This document shows, in pieces, positions 49,759 to 63,585 of a stretch of 64,000 bases of DNA; position 1 is the first letter of the stretch, and each line of letters opens with the position of its first letter. The stretch covers positions 11,667,144-11,731,143 of the forward strand of contig JAHRHZ010000271.1 of assembly GCA_024137785.1 (NCBI GenBank), given 5' to 3'. A program made the translations under genes and the position numbers. The notes beneath the pieces were generated by a model. The model was not told the origin of the DNA. It worked only from the letters and a program-made list of their open reading frames with translations, and did no database searches. This DNA comes from Ginglymostoma cirratum. Its lineage: Eukaryota.

Positions 49759-50087
49759 GGCAGCATCATGGCTCAGTGGTTAGTACTGTTGCCTCACAGT
49801 GCCAGGGACTTGGGTTTGACTCCTACCACGGGCGACTGTCTATGTAGACTGTGTGTGTTTCCTCCGGGTGCTCTGATTTCCTCCCACAGTCCAAAGATGT
49901 GCAGGTTAGGTGGATTGGCCATGCTAAACTGCCCATAGTGTCTAGGGATGTGCAGGCTACGTGGGTTAGCCATGGGAAACACAAGGATAGGATTGAGGGT
50001 GAGTCTGGGTGGGATGCTCTTCAGAGGGTTGGTGTGGACTCTATGGGCCAAATGGCTTGCTTCCATACTGTAGGGATTCTATTCTAT
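49759..50087 (+). mobile_element. HE1-type V-SINE
   Basis: tRNA head, V-domain with a deletion, tail GTAGGGATTCTATTCTAT. Confidence 0.95.
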
Positions 50088-50239
50088 CTTAGTTACACGT
50101 CCCTGAGCAGAGTGGGCAGCACAGCAAAATGCTTGACTGTTGTAACATATTATACTCCCACCCGGCTTAAAACACTTGTGTATCCAAAGATGAAATGATA
50201 CATGTGAGTAATAGTCCAGAATTCAACATGACTAAACCA

Positions 50240-50440
50240 AAATAAACAATGGCTGAAATTTGTGAAGAGAGAAATAGAGATTATTTTTTGAGTTTATTGT
50301 GGGTCTGTCTGAAGAAAAATCATACTGCACTCAAAATGTTAACTCCCTTTCTGTCTTCATAGATGGTGCCAGATAATGCTAGGTTTCGCCAGCATTCTGC
50401 GTTTGCTTCACATTTCCAACTTTTGCAATATTTTGCTTTA
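50240..50440. mobile_element. Old palindromic mini-element (family B-like)
   Basis: CTGAAGAAAAATCATACTGCACTCAAAATGTTAACTC plus a partial inverted arm. Confidence 0.55.
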
Positions 50441-50466
50441 ATACCTGAAACTTAACAAGCTCATAC

Positions 50467-50661
50467 CTATTTACTATAGACACAGCAAAACCAACCATGA
50501 CCAAAATTGCCGGAGTAATTTAGGTGTCTTTCCTTATATTGAACAAAAATCATTTTGGAAGAAGTAGTGAAAGAACATTGTGTTTCTTCTTCCTCCTTGT
50601 GTACTTTTAACTCATCTATCTGGGTTATTTCTGTTTCTGTCTGGATAATGTCATAACCCAC
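50467..50661 (-). other. Candidate exon of an unidentified host gene
   Basis: TTTTTCTAG acceptor, open frame VGYDIIQTETEITQIDELKVHKEEEETQC.., candidate donors G|GTTGGT (50495) and TAG|GTATGA (50466); protein not recognised. Confidence 0.3.
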
Positions 50662-53600
50662 CTAGAAAAACACACTGATACTTCAGACCCACTACTTCCA
50701 TGTATCTAGGGTCATGTTATCTTTTCTAGCAATATGAATAATCTTGACATTGACTGACTGTTCATATGAAGTCTGTTGGTTCAGGCTCAAAGTTACATTT
50801 AAACCTTTCAATGAATTCCAGCAGATTATCGTCAGTATAGATTAGTGTTTGCAAATGTTTCGGACATAGACTTCAAAGTGTTGAAAAGTCTTTAATATTC
50901 CCAAAGTCTCATTTTGTATGGTGCAATACTTCCTTTGAAATTGGTTTAGTTTCTTAGAAGGGTAGGCCAGTCATTTATCTATTTCGGATTCATTTTATTG
51001 TAATGAAATTACATCTTAAGTCACTAGCATCAATAGCCATTTTAAAGGGCTTGGTTAAGTCATAGACAGTCAACACCCATTCATTTTTCCCGATTGTTTT
51101 CAGTTTCTCAAAGGCTGCTTGCAATCTGCTGACCATTTCACTTTTGCTTGATTTTGTATGAAATTTACTAAAGGTACAGCTATCATGCTGAATTTAGGCT
51201 CAAACCTCTGGTCAAACCTGTCAATTTGTTTTGGATGGGCAGTGTCCAGTTTTCCTTTGGCCACTTCACTTGAGTTGCTGTTCTCTCATGTCATGAATAC
51301 TTTCACATCCTTTTTCTCATATTTTGATGGGGCCTACTCAAAATACAACATCTTCTTATTGGACTTTAAATTATTGACTGACTAGGACATTCCTCTTCAA
51401 AGCACTCTCCAGCTTCTGAAGTCTCTTTTTCACCCCTATTATAAACTTAAATTCTTTCTCTTGCCCTTTCTCTCCATCTTGCATCTCTAATTCCAGCCCT
51501 CTTAAATTCCACTTCAATCCTTTTCATTTCCAATCATGTTTGAAATTTCTTATCCTTCTCTGTCCTTTGGAATTTCGTCTGTGGCTTTTTTAATTTTTAT
51601 CCTCATGCTCAAGCTGTTTTTACTGTAACTGAATAGGACCTATTCTAACATTTCACCATAAGGAGTATTCGGTTCCTCCTATGTTTCTAACAAACCCAAA
51701 AGCTGTGCTACCCCTTTGATTAGCTCTGCCTTCTTAGCCCTGACAGATAATTCCACTTCCAAGTTACTTGCCAATGTACTTAAAGCTTTTATGATCTTTT
51801 TTAAGTTTGTCAGGGACACCCCTGCCATCTCTGGAAAAGCTTTCATGCCTTTTTTTGGTGTTACAAAGCCGAGTGTTTCCTTTATCAGTTATCACCTATT
51901 AACTACACAACCAAATCTTGGTTGGCTTTGTTCCAAAATCATCCCAACAAGACACCTGACCCCCCACCCCCACATAATCTCTCATCACAATCTACTCGGG
52001 GTAATATATCCCAGATACCCAGAATCTGCTATGCTTGGGATTGTCACAAAAGTTAAACATCTAACCAAATTGATCAAAGTACCCCAATTTCCTGTCTGAC
52101 AAACTCAGAAAATACTGACAGGTTTCTGCATTTAACAAGAAATTATTACTTATGACAAATAAACAAGTTCTAACCATAGGCAAATAAAATATGAATTACC
52201 AACTTACAACTTTTTACTCTGCCCCTTCTTAAATCCCTGTGCACACAAATAGACTGACACAGACAAACAAACAAAAATAGGCGTTATGAGTAGAGGAACA
52301 AAAATATTAAGGGATTCAAAGTGTCAATTTGTTTCTTCTAAGCCCTTTGGATCTCCAATCTTCTTTCCTAGTCCTGTCGGTTCTTTAATCCAGGCACAGG
52401 GCAGTTGGCACACTAGGTACCAGAACAGTAATTTACAGTAATTAGAATAATGGGAAGACTTAGAGGTCACCTATGGTTGGGTTGGACAAAATAGAAGTGA
52501 TTAGAATGCTTCCAATTGTACAAGTATCCAGCCAAGGGCCCATAAATACTAAATACTTTATAATAAATCCATTAGGGAAACGAGTTTATTTTCAGAGTAG
52601 GGAACCCGTTAAGAATTGAGGCAAATGATTTAGATATTTTTGAGAAGAAAACTGATGTATACATGAGGGAAAAGAGAATAGAAAAGATATGTTGAAAGAG
52701 TGAGATGAGCTACATTGAATGTGAGGACACAGAGTAAAAACAGAAGCACAGACTGAATAATCTATTTGTCTGCTGCAAATTCAATGCTAGAAACACAAAT
52801 AGATTATAAGATCCGTGTAAATAAAAAAAAAAAGACCCTCACTCTTTGTTCCATGCTCCTGTTGGTCAAGGTTGGAAGAATATTCGTTCTATTGTGTGTT
52901 TTGCAGAAATTATGCGGTGAGTGTGCAACAGATTATATCACCTCATGTAAAACAGCATATGTTGTGCATTGTATAGATGAGAGTTTCAGACTGCTTCTTT
53001 TTCCCCTAATGAGAAACTGAACACTATGCTCAGGTATATGAAGTATGCCTTTTTATTTATTATACAGCAGTCTAGAGCAGCTGTCAAGGACTTTACTTCC
53101 GACATCATAAAGTCATGATGTCAAGGGGACATCTATGAGCACAATGCTTGACCAACCAGTCTGGTAAAGTGAATATCTGCTGCTCCCTATCACCTGGGAG
53201 AAGATTTACTCACCCAGATTGCACCCAAAGCCACATTGACTTTGCTTCTTTTCTGCTTGACTAATTGGCAAAACAGCTACCTGACACTTCTTGTACATAT
53301 TGAACTTTCCAGTAATTTTGCCTCAAGGATTTATTCATCACAGTAGAGATAATGGACTGTTGACATCTACCAAAAAGCAAGGAGTGAACTGCAACTTACA
53401 TTGGCCTGACTTTTCATTTTTCGTGCAATTTTACATAGAAATTTCACAAAGGTGAGACCATTTAGCTCAAATTATCCAAGCCACTATTTATATTCCATAC
53501 AGTCCCCTACCACCTTACTTCATGGGTATAATCTTCTACGCAATTCTTCATATATTTCCCTTTAACACATCCACATCGGTCACTCCTTATGGAAGCTAAT

Positions 53601-53799
53601 TCCACTGTCTGTCTACTCACTGGGTGGAGGCATTTCTCCTGAGATATTTAATCAGGACTATAGTTTTAACCATTACTTTTGCTTTTCCCACAAGTGGAGA
53701 CTTTTTTCTCTTTACTGTTTAGCTTGATGTCTGGAGAAATTATGTCAAAATGGCCAAAAAGTGCAATTTCAGTGGTAAGAGAACATTGGGTCTCAGAGT

Positions 53800-54130
53800 T
53801 GGGATGTCACGTTGTGGCTGTACAGAACATTGCTGAGGCCATGTTTAAAATATTGCGTACAATTCTGGTCATCTATCTATAGGAAGGATGTTGTTAAACT
53901 TGACAGAATGCAAAAATGATTTACAAGGATGTTACTAGGACCGAAGAGGTTGAATAGGCTGGGGCTTTTTCCCCCTGTAGTGTTGGACGCTGGGATTGAC
54001 TTCAAAGGCTTATAAAATCATGAAGGGTATGGATAGGGTGAATAGCCAAGGTCTTTTCCCTAAGGTGGAGGGGAGTCCAAAACTAGAGGACATTGGCTTA
54101 AGGCAAGAGGGGAAAAGTTTAAAAAGGACC
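53800..54130 (+). mobile_element. CR1 3' fragment
   Basis: TGCGTACAATTCTGGTC..AGGAAGGATGTTGTTAAACTTG motif series. Confidence 0.85.
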
Positions 54131-55059
54131 AGCAATCCTCTCTTTACTGCTTAAACAAAGCAACAGCGTAAATACAGTTCAAAATGATTGCAAAAACTTG
54201 TAGTTAAAACTGCAATATCCTTTATTCCTTTGGTCCACAATCCAAAAATAACATAAGAAAACACAGTCCTTTCAAGAACTCCTTCCATAGACATCAATTT
54301 GATGTTACTGTCTCAATATGTCAAATTATGTCAAAGCTCAAAGTCAAAGACTTTGGCCACCATGTCCATTTAATGGTTGGGCCTGTGCCAAAGAATTGTT
54401 TTCTTCAAAAACCCAGAGACACATTGTTTGGCAATGTATTCTTTGATGCAAGTAAACTTTCAATCCTTTTCACTTTGGACAGAAGGCATTATTTAGACAA
54501 TTGTTGGTTTATCTTGGTCCCCCTTTGTCAGTTTCCCTCTCTCAAGCAAAGAATACAAGTGACCCTGACTTATGTCTCTGAGTCATCGCTACATATGTGA
54601 ATGCATCTTGGCTCTTTCTAGTGACTGCAACCTCGCTTTTCCTTACAATCTTGCTGGCTTTCCAACAGGCCCTGCTCACCAACATTCAACTTTCTTAGTT
54701 TCATGACTTTTTTTACCATGACACAATCATCTTCATTTTAGCATCAAAGCCAGACAAAAGGAAGACAATGTCAACCTTAAGCAAACTGAACCTTATCCCA
54801 GGAGAGTGCTTAAATACCAACTTGTGAGATGAGCATCATTTTAGTGACTGTGGCATTATCTAAAGGTGATTTCTAAGTTCACAGCATTTCCTTGGTGATG
54901 AGAGTATTTTTGTTAAATTTAAGAATGTAATCTGCGGAAGTCACACTTGGTAGCTACATCCTTTCAGGGAATGCAATGCTCAGTGCAATCTCATTTATCG
55001 TTCTGCCATGAGCCCAGAATATCAATAATTTCATAAAAGCCCATTGTTCTGGAGTCTAG

Positions 55060-58000
55060 CATCATTGAATAGATTCATGGAATGGTTACAGCATAGGATG
55101 AAATACTTTGACTTATTGCATCTTTACTGGCATAGAGCAATTCACTTGGTGTCTTTGTTATGTATTTCTTCCTTTCAGAAATCCATCCATCCATCCAATC
55201 CAATCCATTTCAAATGCATTGATTGAATCTACCTCAACCATAGTCTCATGTAATGCATTCAAGACCCTAGCCACTCATTGCCTGAAAAAAGATTTTATTC
55301 GTGTTGCCACGGCTCCTTTTGCCAGTTACATTAAATTTGTCCCGTCTATCCAGTTCTCTATCCAGACTGCTCGTGGTTTTGAAGACTTGTATCAAAGTCA
55401 ATAGGAAGGGCTTCCATTCAATTGATGTACTGGTCATTTAAGATCACCATTACATCTTCCTGGAGGAATGTGCCCATTTCCCTCAATCTTGTCTTAACCC
55501 TTAATTAATTAAATGATGTAGCACATTGCTCCCAAAGTCAAGATAGGCCTCAAACTTCTTGCGCAATTCTGCCACATTCCTTCCAATGGCCCACATCACT
55601 CAGGCCCATATAGCATTCTACTCAGTTTTTTTTAATTAATCTTTCACACAGTGGTGTTGACCAGAGGCATGCCTTGCACCACCCCACAGACAATAGGCTT
55701 CCTTTTCGTGACATATTTACTGTGGTTACTTGCCATGGAACCTCAATATCCTGGAATAAAAGTCTGACATTCTCAGCCATTTTTAACTGGGTTGGGTTTG
55801 CAGAGTCAGGAAGTGTCCTTTCTCTGGGCGTCCTATTTATACATAGAAACAGAGGGGATAAAAGTAGGAATAGGTCATTCAATACGATCATGGCTGTTTA
55901 TTGGGATCAAGACCACAATCCCGCCCTCCTCCTTATCCCTTGATTCTTTTAGCCACAAGAGCTACATCTACCTCTTTCTTGAAAATGCACAATGTTTTGG
56001 CCTCAACCACTTTCTATAGGAGTGAATACCACAGGCTCACCATGGTCTGGTGAAGAAATTTCTCCTCATCCCAATCCTAAGAGGTTTTCCCCTTATCCTT
56101 AAACTATGACCCCTGGCACCTCACCCATGTTATCGATGACACAAATATCTCTCCTGATCAGGTTCCAGGGATTTATTCCCTTCATGCATTTTATGATGTC
56201 CCACACCTCCTCTTGTATGGAGATTTTTCAAGATACCACTATTTATTTCATCAGTTCTCTAGCTTCCACATCTTAACAGGGTCATAGCGATAGAATCATA
56301 CAGCACAGGGACAGACCCTTTGGTCCAACCAGTCCATGCCGAACATAATCCCAAGCTAAACCAGCCCCACCTGTAGCCCTCATTATTTTATATACTTCTG
56401 TAACATTGCATGCTCCGATGAGAGAAGTCCCAGCCTATCCAGCCTTTCTTTACAACTCAAACCTTCCATATACACAACATCCTGGTAAATCTCTTCTGAA
56501 CCCTCTCCAGCTTAATAATATCGTTCCTATAATTGGGCAACCAGAGCTGGAGTACACCACTGTAAACACTGATGTATTATCTGGGTGACAAAGTCAGAGG
56601 TCACATGACACACGTGTGGCAAGGAATTCCAAAGACTTGCAATCCTCGGAGAGAAGAAATTCCTCCTTATCTCAGTCTTAAACTGGCGCCCCTTTTTTTT
56701 TCTGGGACTATGGCCTCTGGTCCTAGCCTCTCCGATGAGCAAAATCATCGTCTTGGTGTTTGTCCTGTCAAGCCCCTTGAAACAGATAGGATTCTTAATG
56801 AGATCATCTCTCAATCTTCTCAATTTCAATGAGTAGAGTAGCAGATCATTTAACTTTTGTTCCTACGAAAATCTCTCCAGACTGGGGGTAATCCTAATGA
56901 GTCTTCTCTGAACTGCCTCCAATGAAATAATATCTTTCCTTAAATTAAGGGATTAAAACTGCTCATAATCCTCCAGACGTGCTCTCACCAGCCCCTTGTA
57001 CAGTTGCAGTAAGACTTCCCTACTCTTATACTCCAAACCCCTGGAAGCAAGGACCAACGTCTATTAGCCTTCCCGGTTACCTGCTGGATCTGTATGCTAG
57101 CTTCCTGTGTTTCATGCACAATTTCCCCCAAGTCTCTTGTGTTGCAGCTTTCTGAAGCTTTTTTTCTCCATTTAAATAATACCCTATTCTGTTCTCCTTT
57201 CCAAAATGGACGACTTCACATTTTCCCAAATTATACTCCATTTTTCCAACTTTTTACACACTTGATAATCCTAGGAATATCTCTTTCTCTTTCTAAAACA
57301 TTTGCATTTCCCTCACAACTTGCCTTTACACTTATTTTTGTATCTGCAAATTTGAAATATTCACTTCCTTCAAGTCATTAATATATTGTAAACAGTTAGG
57401 GTCCCAGCACTGATCACTGTGGAACCCCTCTGGTTACAGGTTAGCAATCCAAAAAAGAACCCCTATTCCCACTCGGTGTTTCCTACCCATTAGCCAATTC
57501 TCTATGCATGCTAATATACCACCCCCAATACCATGGACTTTTATCTTATGACTTAACCTTTTGTGAGGTACCTTGTTGAACAGTTTCTGGAAGTCCAAAT
57601 ACAACACATCTACCAATTACCCTCTATCAACTCTGATTGAGACTTCCTTGAAAAACTCAAATTATTTGGACACTATTCCCCTTCCATGAAGCAATACTTA
57701 CTCTGCTTGATTAGATTATGCTTTTCCAGTGGTCTACTATTACTTTCTTAATAATTGATTTGAATATCTTTTTCCAATTATAGATGTTGGGCTAATTGGC
57801 CTGCTTTTTGCCTGTCTCCATTTGTGAATCGGGATGTCAGATTGACAGTCTTCTAATTCTTTGCTTCTCCAGAATCTAAGGACATTTGGAAAATTACAAC
57901 CAATGCATCCACTATTGCTGTAGCTACCCCTTTTAGGATCCTAGGATGCTAATCATCAGGACAAGGGGAGTTATCTGCTTTTTCACTTGATGAATTTATC

Positions 58001-60745
58001 TAATGCTACTTCTACGGTGATGGTAAGGGTACTTAATTCCTTCTCTGCATCTTTAATATTAATGAAATGTTCATACTATCTTCCGCCATAAAGAATGAAA
58101 CAAAATATCTCCACCGCCAATTCCTTGTTCCCCAAAACTATGCACTCTCGTCCTACGCTCTCTTAAAAAGCCAGACAACATCCCAGTATCTACCCTGTCA
58201 AGCCTCATAGAATCTTAAACGTTTCAATCAGGTTGCTCTCATTCTTCTAAATGCCAATGATTACAGGCCCGACCTTCTCAACCTCTCCTCAAAGAAAATC
58301 CCTTCATGCCCAAGATCAAATCAGTGAACCTTTTCTGAACTGCCCCCAATGTCAATATTTCTCTCCTTATTAAGGGGACTAAACTATTTACAATATTCAA
58401 GGTGCAATCTAATTAGTACCTTGTATAGTTTTAGCAAAACTTACCTATTTTTATATTCCATTCCTTTTTAAATGACAGCAAATATTTCACTTGCCTTCCC
58501 TGTTGCTTCCTGAACTTCCGTGCCAACTTTATCGTGATTTATGCATGAGGCCCCCCAAATTCCTCTAGGCTTTAGCTTTTTGCTGCCTTTCTCCATTTAT
58601 TCTTCTCCACTATTCTCCCTACCAGAGTGCATAACGTTACACTTAATTTTCCATCTGTCAACTCCTTGCCTATTCACTTAGTCTGTCTGTTTTGCTCTGC
58701 AGATTCTTTGTGTCAATTTTGGTCACTTATCTTCCCAGCTATTTTTTTTCTTTTATCCACAAACTTGATAATTCACTTCCATTATCCAAGTCTTTAACAT
58801 ATGTATTGTAAATGATTGTGTTCCAAACACTGATCCTTGTGGTAATCCACTAGTTATAGATTTCCATCCTGATAACTCCACCCCCCATCACACTACTTTT
58901 TATGAATTAGCCAAATCTCAATCCATCATAATATACAATTCCCAATGCCATGGCCTCTTTTTTTTGTAGTATAGATTTATGTGTAGAACCTTATGGAAAG
59001 CATTTTGGAAATCCATACATATTGTATCTTTTGCTTCGCTTTTGTCAATCCTGCTTTTTACCTCCTAAAAGAATTCTAATAAATTGATCAGGCATGATTT
59101 CCCCTTCATGGAGCCATGCTGACTCTGATTATAACATGTATTTCTACATGCTCTGCTATTCCATCCTGTATCATAGACTCCAACAGAGACAGGTGTTGAC
59201 TAGTCTATTGTAACCTCTTTTGTTTCTCCTTTTTGTCTCCCTCCCTTTTTGAATGAGGCACAACAGCAGGTATCTAATCCCCTGGAAATTTGTCAGAATC
59301 TAAGGATTCTTAAAAGGTTAATACCAATGCATTCACTGTGTCTGTGTCTGTGTCTGTGTCTTTAACATCGTAGGATACTCCCAACCAGGTCAAGGAGACT
59401 TTTCAACTTCAGCTCCATCAGTTTCCATAGTGCATTTCTCTAGTGACTTATTTATTTAATTATAGAGCCACGGATTCATACAGCCATGGATTCATAGAGC
59501 CATACAGCATGAAAACAGGCTAGTCAGCCCAACTAGCCCTTGCCAATCAGGTTTCTTAACTGAACTTTTTCCATTTGTCTGCATTTGGCCTAATACTGCT
59601 CAAACTTTCCTATCTATGTATCTGTTCAAGTGTCTTTTAAATGATTTCCCATGCACAGAGCCATGTTAACTACTTATTTATTTGTTACTTATTTTTATGT
59701 ATTTATTTCATACCACTTCCTGTGGCAGCTCATTCCATATATGGACTACCCACTATATGAAAAGGTTGCCCCTCATGTCCCTTTTAAATCTTTCCCATCT
59801 CACCTTACACCTACATCATCTAATTTTGGGCTCCCTTACTCTGGGGGGAAAAAACCTTGGCTTTTCACCTTATCTATGCCCCTCATGATTTTATAAACCT
59901 CTATAAGGCCACCCCTCAGCCTCCTACGCTCCAGGAAAAAAGTCCCAGTCTATACAACCTCTCCTTATAACTCAAAACCTCCAGTCTCAGTAACATCCTT
60001 GTAGATCTTTATTGTACCCTTTCCAGTTTAATATAGCAGGGCAACCAGAATTGAACGTAGTACTCTAAATGTACAGCCATACCATGATGTCCCAACTCCT
60101 GTACTCAATGCCCTGGCTGATGACGACAAAGATCTTCATCACTACCCTGTCCAGCTATGATGCCAATTGCAAGGATCTATGTACCTGCACCCCTAGGTAT
60201 CTCTGTTTGACAACACCCCTGCACTGGTTTGTCTTACCAAAATGCAAAACTTCACATTTATCTGCATTAAACTCCATCTGCCATTTCTCAGTCTACTCAG
60301 CCAGTTGATCAAGATCCCATTGCACTCTTTGATAAACTTCTTCACTGTCCACTATACCATCAATTTTACCGTCATCTGCAAACTTACCAACCATGCCTCC
60401 TATATTCACATTCAAATCATTAATATCAATGATGAACAACAGTGGACCCAGCACCGATCCTTGCTGCATACTGCTGGTCACAGGCCTCAAGTCTGGAAGA
60501 CAATCCTCTACTATCACCCTCTGTCTCCTACCATCAAGCCACTTTTGTATCTAATTGGCTAGTTTTCTCTGGATCCCTTGAGATCTAGCCTTATTAAACA
60601 GTCCACCATGCGGAACCTTGAGGAAGGCCTTCCTAAAGTCCATGTAGATAACATCTACCACATTGCCCTCATCTATCTTCTTGGTCACCTCTTCAAAAAA
60701 CTCAAGTTTGTGAGACACTATTTCCCACACAGAAAGCCATGTTGA
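55060..60745 (-). mobile_element. Cluster of at least six minus-strand CR1 fragments of different ages
   Basis: Peptides KLRRLRDDLIK..RRNFFSPRIASLWNSLP (56527-56829), VDVLYLDFQKLFNKVPH (57434-57616) and QGSVLGPLLFIIDIND..KFADD (60293-60517); separate tails at about 55070, 55855, 56285 and 59460. Confidence 0.9.
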
Positions 60746-61054
60746 CTGTTTATTTATTTCATCACCACCAATTCCTTCCCGCTGGATTATTCAGTATTTT
60801 TAGAAAGCTACTTGTGTTCTATATCATGAAGGCTAATGCAAATATTTATGCAACTCCTTTGCCGTTTTCTGCTTCGCCACTATTACTTCACCAGTTGCAT
60901 TTTCTAAGGGCCTATGTTCACTTTGGCCTCCCTCTGAGGATATTTAATTTAATTTATTCATTAATTACTCCTGGATCCGTGCTCTTTACACTTGATGAAT
61001 GCACCGTCTTTTACATTTTACTGTAATTTGTTTTACACCAGAATCATTTTTTTA

Positions 61055-61158
61055 CTTCAAAGAAGGGTCCCTGGACTCAAAACATTAACTCTGCTTTCTC
61101 TCCTTAGATGCTGCCAGACCTCCTGAGTTCCTCCAACAATTTTTGTTTCTGTTTCAAT
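61055..61158 (+). mobile_element. Family B single arm with degenerate HHR
   Basis: AAGAAGGGTCCCTGGACTCAAAACATTAACTCTG..GATGCTGCCAGACCT. Confidence 0.75.
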
Positions 61159-61540
61159 CTTAAAAAAAGAAGCTTGTTAATTATATGACAATGAGAGGGT
61201 GAAAGCACTAGAGACCTGAACAGAAGCTGGAGACCTTGGTTTTAGTTTAAAGATTAGAATGCTCACCAATCCTACTCATAAATTTCCCTGCACTAAGTCA
61301 CATTATGGTCTGTGATGTCACTCCACTGCTGCTCTCGCTGCAGGCAAACCTCTTCATCAACGCCTTTGATCCTCTCCACTCACCTCACCCTCTGGAGACT
61401 TTACCTCTTGAAGCACCTCTTTCCTCCGCTGTCCCAATGCCCACTTTGAGCCCAATTAATCTTCAATGCCATTTTTACAAAATGCTGTACTATGCTACTT
61501 ATGCATCAAAACTGAACTGTTTTTATTTAATAAATGCAAT

Positions 61541-61850
61541 GAACAACAAGGTGGCTCAGTGGTTAGCACTGCTGCCTCAGGGACCCGGGTTCGATTACAC
61601 CCTCGGGCAACTCTCTGCGTGGAGTTTGCACGTTCTCCCGCGTCTGCGTGGGTTTTCTCCGGGTGCTCCAGTTTCCTCCAACAGTCCAAAGATATGCAGG
61701 CTGAGTGGATTGGCCATGCTAAATTGCCAGTAGTGTTCAGGGATGTGTAGATTAGGTGGGTTATAGGGGACAGCTCTGAGTGGAATGCTCTGAGGGTCAG
61801 TGTGGACTTGTTGGGCTGAAGGGCCTGTTTCCACACTGTAGGGAATTCTA
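61541..61850 (+). mobile_element. HE1-type V-SINE
   Basis: GGTGGCTCAGTGGTTAGCACTGCTGCCTCA..GGTTCGA; V-domain; tail. Confidence 0.95.
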
Positions 61851-62435
61851 CAAAAAAAGTCACCTAAACATTGAGCATCTATTTAGGAATCCAAAATCCT
61901 AAAACTTACAGCGTTTTTTTAGCTGCTGAACAAATTAATTTAAGATAAATGTGTTGTTTTCATGCAATAGTTTTATATGATATCATTTCCATGTAATGGG
62001 CTGAAAATATTTCATGTAAACGCTTGCCAATGCAATGAAGGAGAATATTATAGACTGAACTTCTTTCAAATGAGACTCAGCAAGTCTCATTATCAATGGG
62101 AATGGTTTCTGGCACACTACAGGGACAAGGAGCACTGCTGCTTTGTTTTTTTTGTGATTTTAATACTGTTTCTGGTATGTAATAATGTACTGATGATATG
62201 TGATTTTATGTGATATCAAAGTTTTTGATGTCTCTTGCCAGTCGATGAACTTCATGCAGCCACGGCGTGTGAACAGCCAAGCTACCCACAGTATTCTACC
62301 CACCAAAATCAATTCATGCCAGCTCTTGTGCAGCACCCTCACACAATTCTAGTGTGTGCCAATTGCATTCTCAAGACCTCATTCTGTAATCTGGCCTCAC
62401 AAAATTAATGCCATCATTTAAAAGTCATCTATTGT

Positions 62436-62755
62436 GGGTAGCACAGTGGTTGGCACTGTTGTCTCACAGCGCCAGGGACCAGGGTTTGATTCCACCTTCA
62501 GGAGACTGTCTGTGTGGAGTTTGTACGTTCTCCCTGTGTCTGCTTGGATTTACTCCCACTGTCCAAAGATGTGCAGTTTAGGTGGATCGGCCATGGTAAA
62601 TTACCCAAAGTGTCCAGGATGCGTAGGCTAGGCGGATTAACCACGGGAAATGCAGAGTTATTAGGGGAGATGGGTTGGGGTGGGATGCTCTTCAGAATGT
62701 CAGTGTGAAGCGAATGGGCCAAATGGCCTGTTTCCACCACTGTAGGGATTCTATG
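62436..62755 (+). mobile_element. HE1-type V-SINE
   Basis: tRNA head, V-domain, tail GTAGGGATTCTATGA. Confidence 0.95.
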
Positions 62756-63354
62756 AAATATGTTGATGTAGTTGAAGGCACTGCATGCAAGGAATTTTGT
62801 GTGACAGAATGCAAAGTCAGGCCCAATAAACTTTGATACAAAATTAGGTAAACTTAACAAAGACAATGAGGAGTATAATTAAAGATCATGGTCTAAATTT
62901 TCATTCGTAATTTGGAAACCCAATATCAGAATAATTTCTGGGTCTTATCCCCACACCCTGTCAGTTTCTTGTAACAAGATTTTTAACAGTAGAAGAACCT
63001 AATTAGTCCAGAAGTGGATTTGAGGCCAAATTGTAAGGAGCAAGATTGGTCTGGAGAAAGGAATTACACACACAGATTGGCTTATAAAGGAAAATGGCAG
63101 CCATTACTGGGTTGACCATTGTCTGTGGGAATGGAGCACGCTTGACGGCTGAGAGCCAGCACCCTCACGGCTCACACACTTGTTGAAAATCTCTCTCCTC
63201 AAGTACTCCAGCCTCTCTTCTCAAGTGAGGTTAACTTTGTGCCACCGCAAGAGCACCTCCGTTTGATTATTCCTTTATATACAAGACTTTCCATCAGCAG
63301 CCACCATAACAAGTGGTTGCCACTGTGCTCTTGGCACTTGTGAACGAAATGTAA

Positions 63355-63585
63355 AGTGACCATTGTCTTGCTCTCAGGGCTGCTCTGTCATTAGAAAGAG
63401 AGAGAGAGAGAGGGACAGAGAGAGAGAACTGATGGCAGCTTAACCTGAGGATCGCCATGCTTCAGGTGAGGGGAGAGGTTGGGAAGGCAAATTCCATATG
63501 GTAACCTCTGCCATGCAGGAATTGAACCCACACTGTTGGCATCACCCTGCATCACAAACCAGCTGTCCCGCCAACTGAACTGAAT
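63355..63585 (-). mobile_element. tRNA-derived SINE with internal (GA)n expansion
   Basis: Reverse strand AGTTCAGTTGG..GGGTTCAATTCC (A/B boxes); homologous to 41540-41730; GA-rich run 63395-63427. Confidence 0.75.

Noticed and set aside
53101-53122. Short inverted repeat GACATCAT..ATGATGTC
   Set aside because: An 8-bp stem is expected by chance in 64 kb
62240-62407. Plus-strand exon (DELHAATACEQPSYPQ..)
   Set aside because: An acceptor-like site and short open frame only; no homology recognised and consistent with chance
17193-62755. HE1 heads as tRNA genes and their ORFs as proteins
   Set aside because: They are SINE heads followed by a V-domain and LINE tail; the ORFs recur in every copy and are incidental
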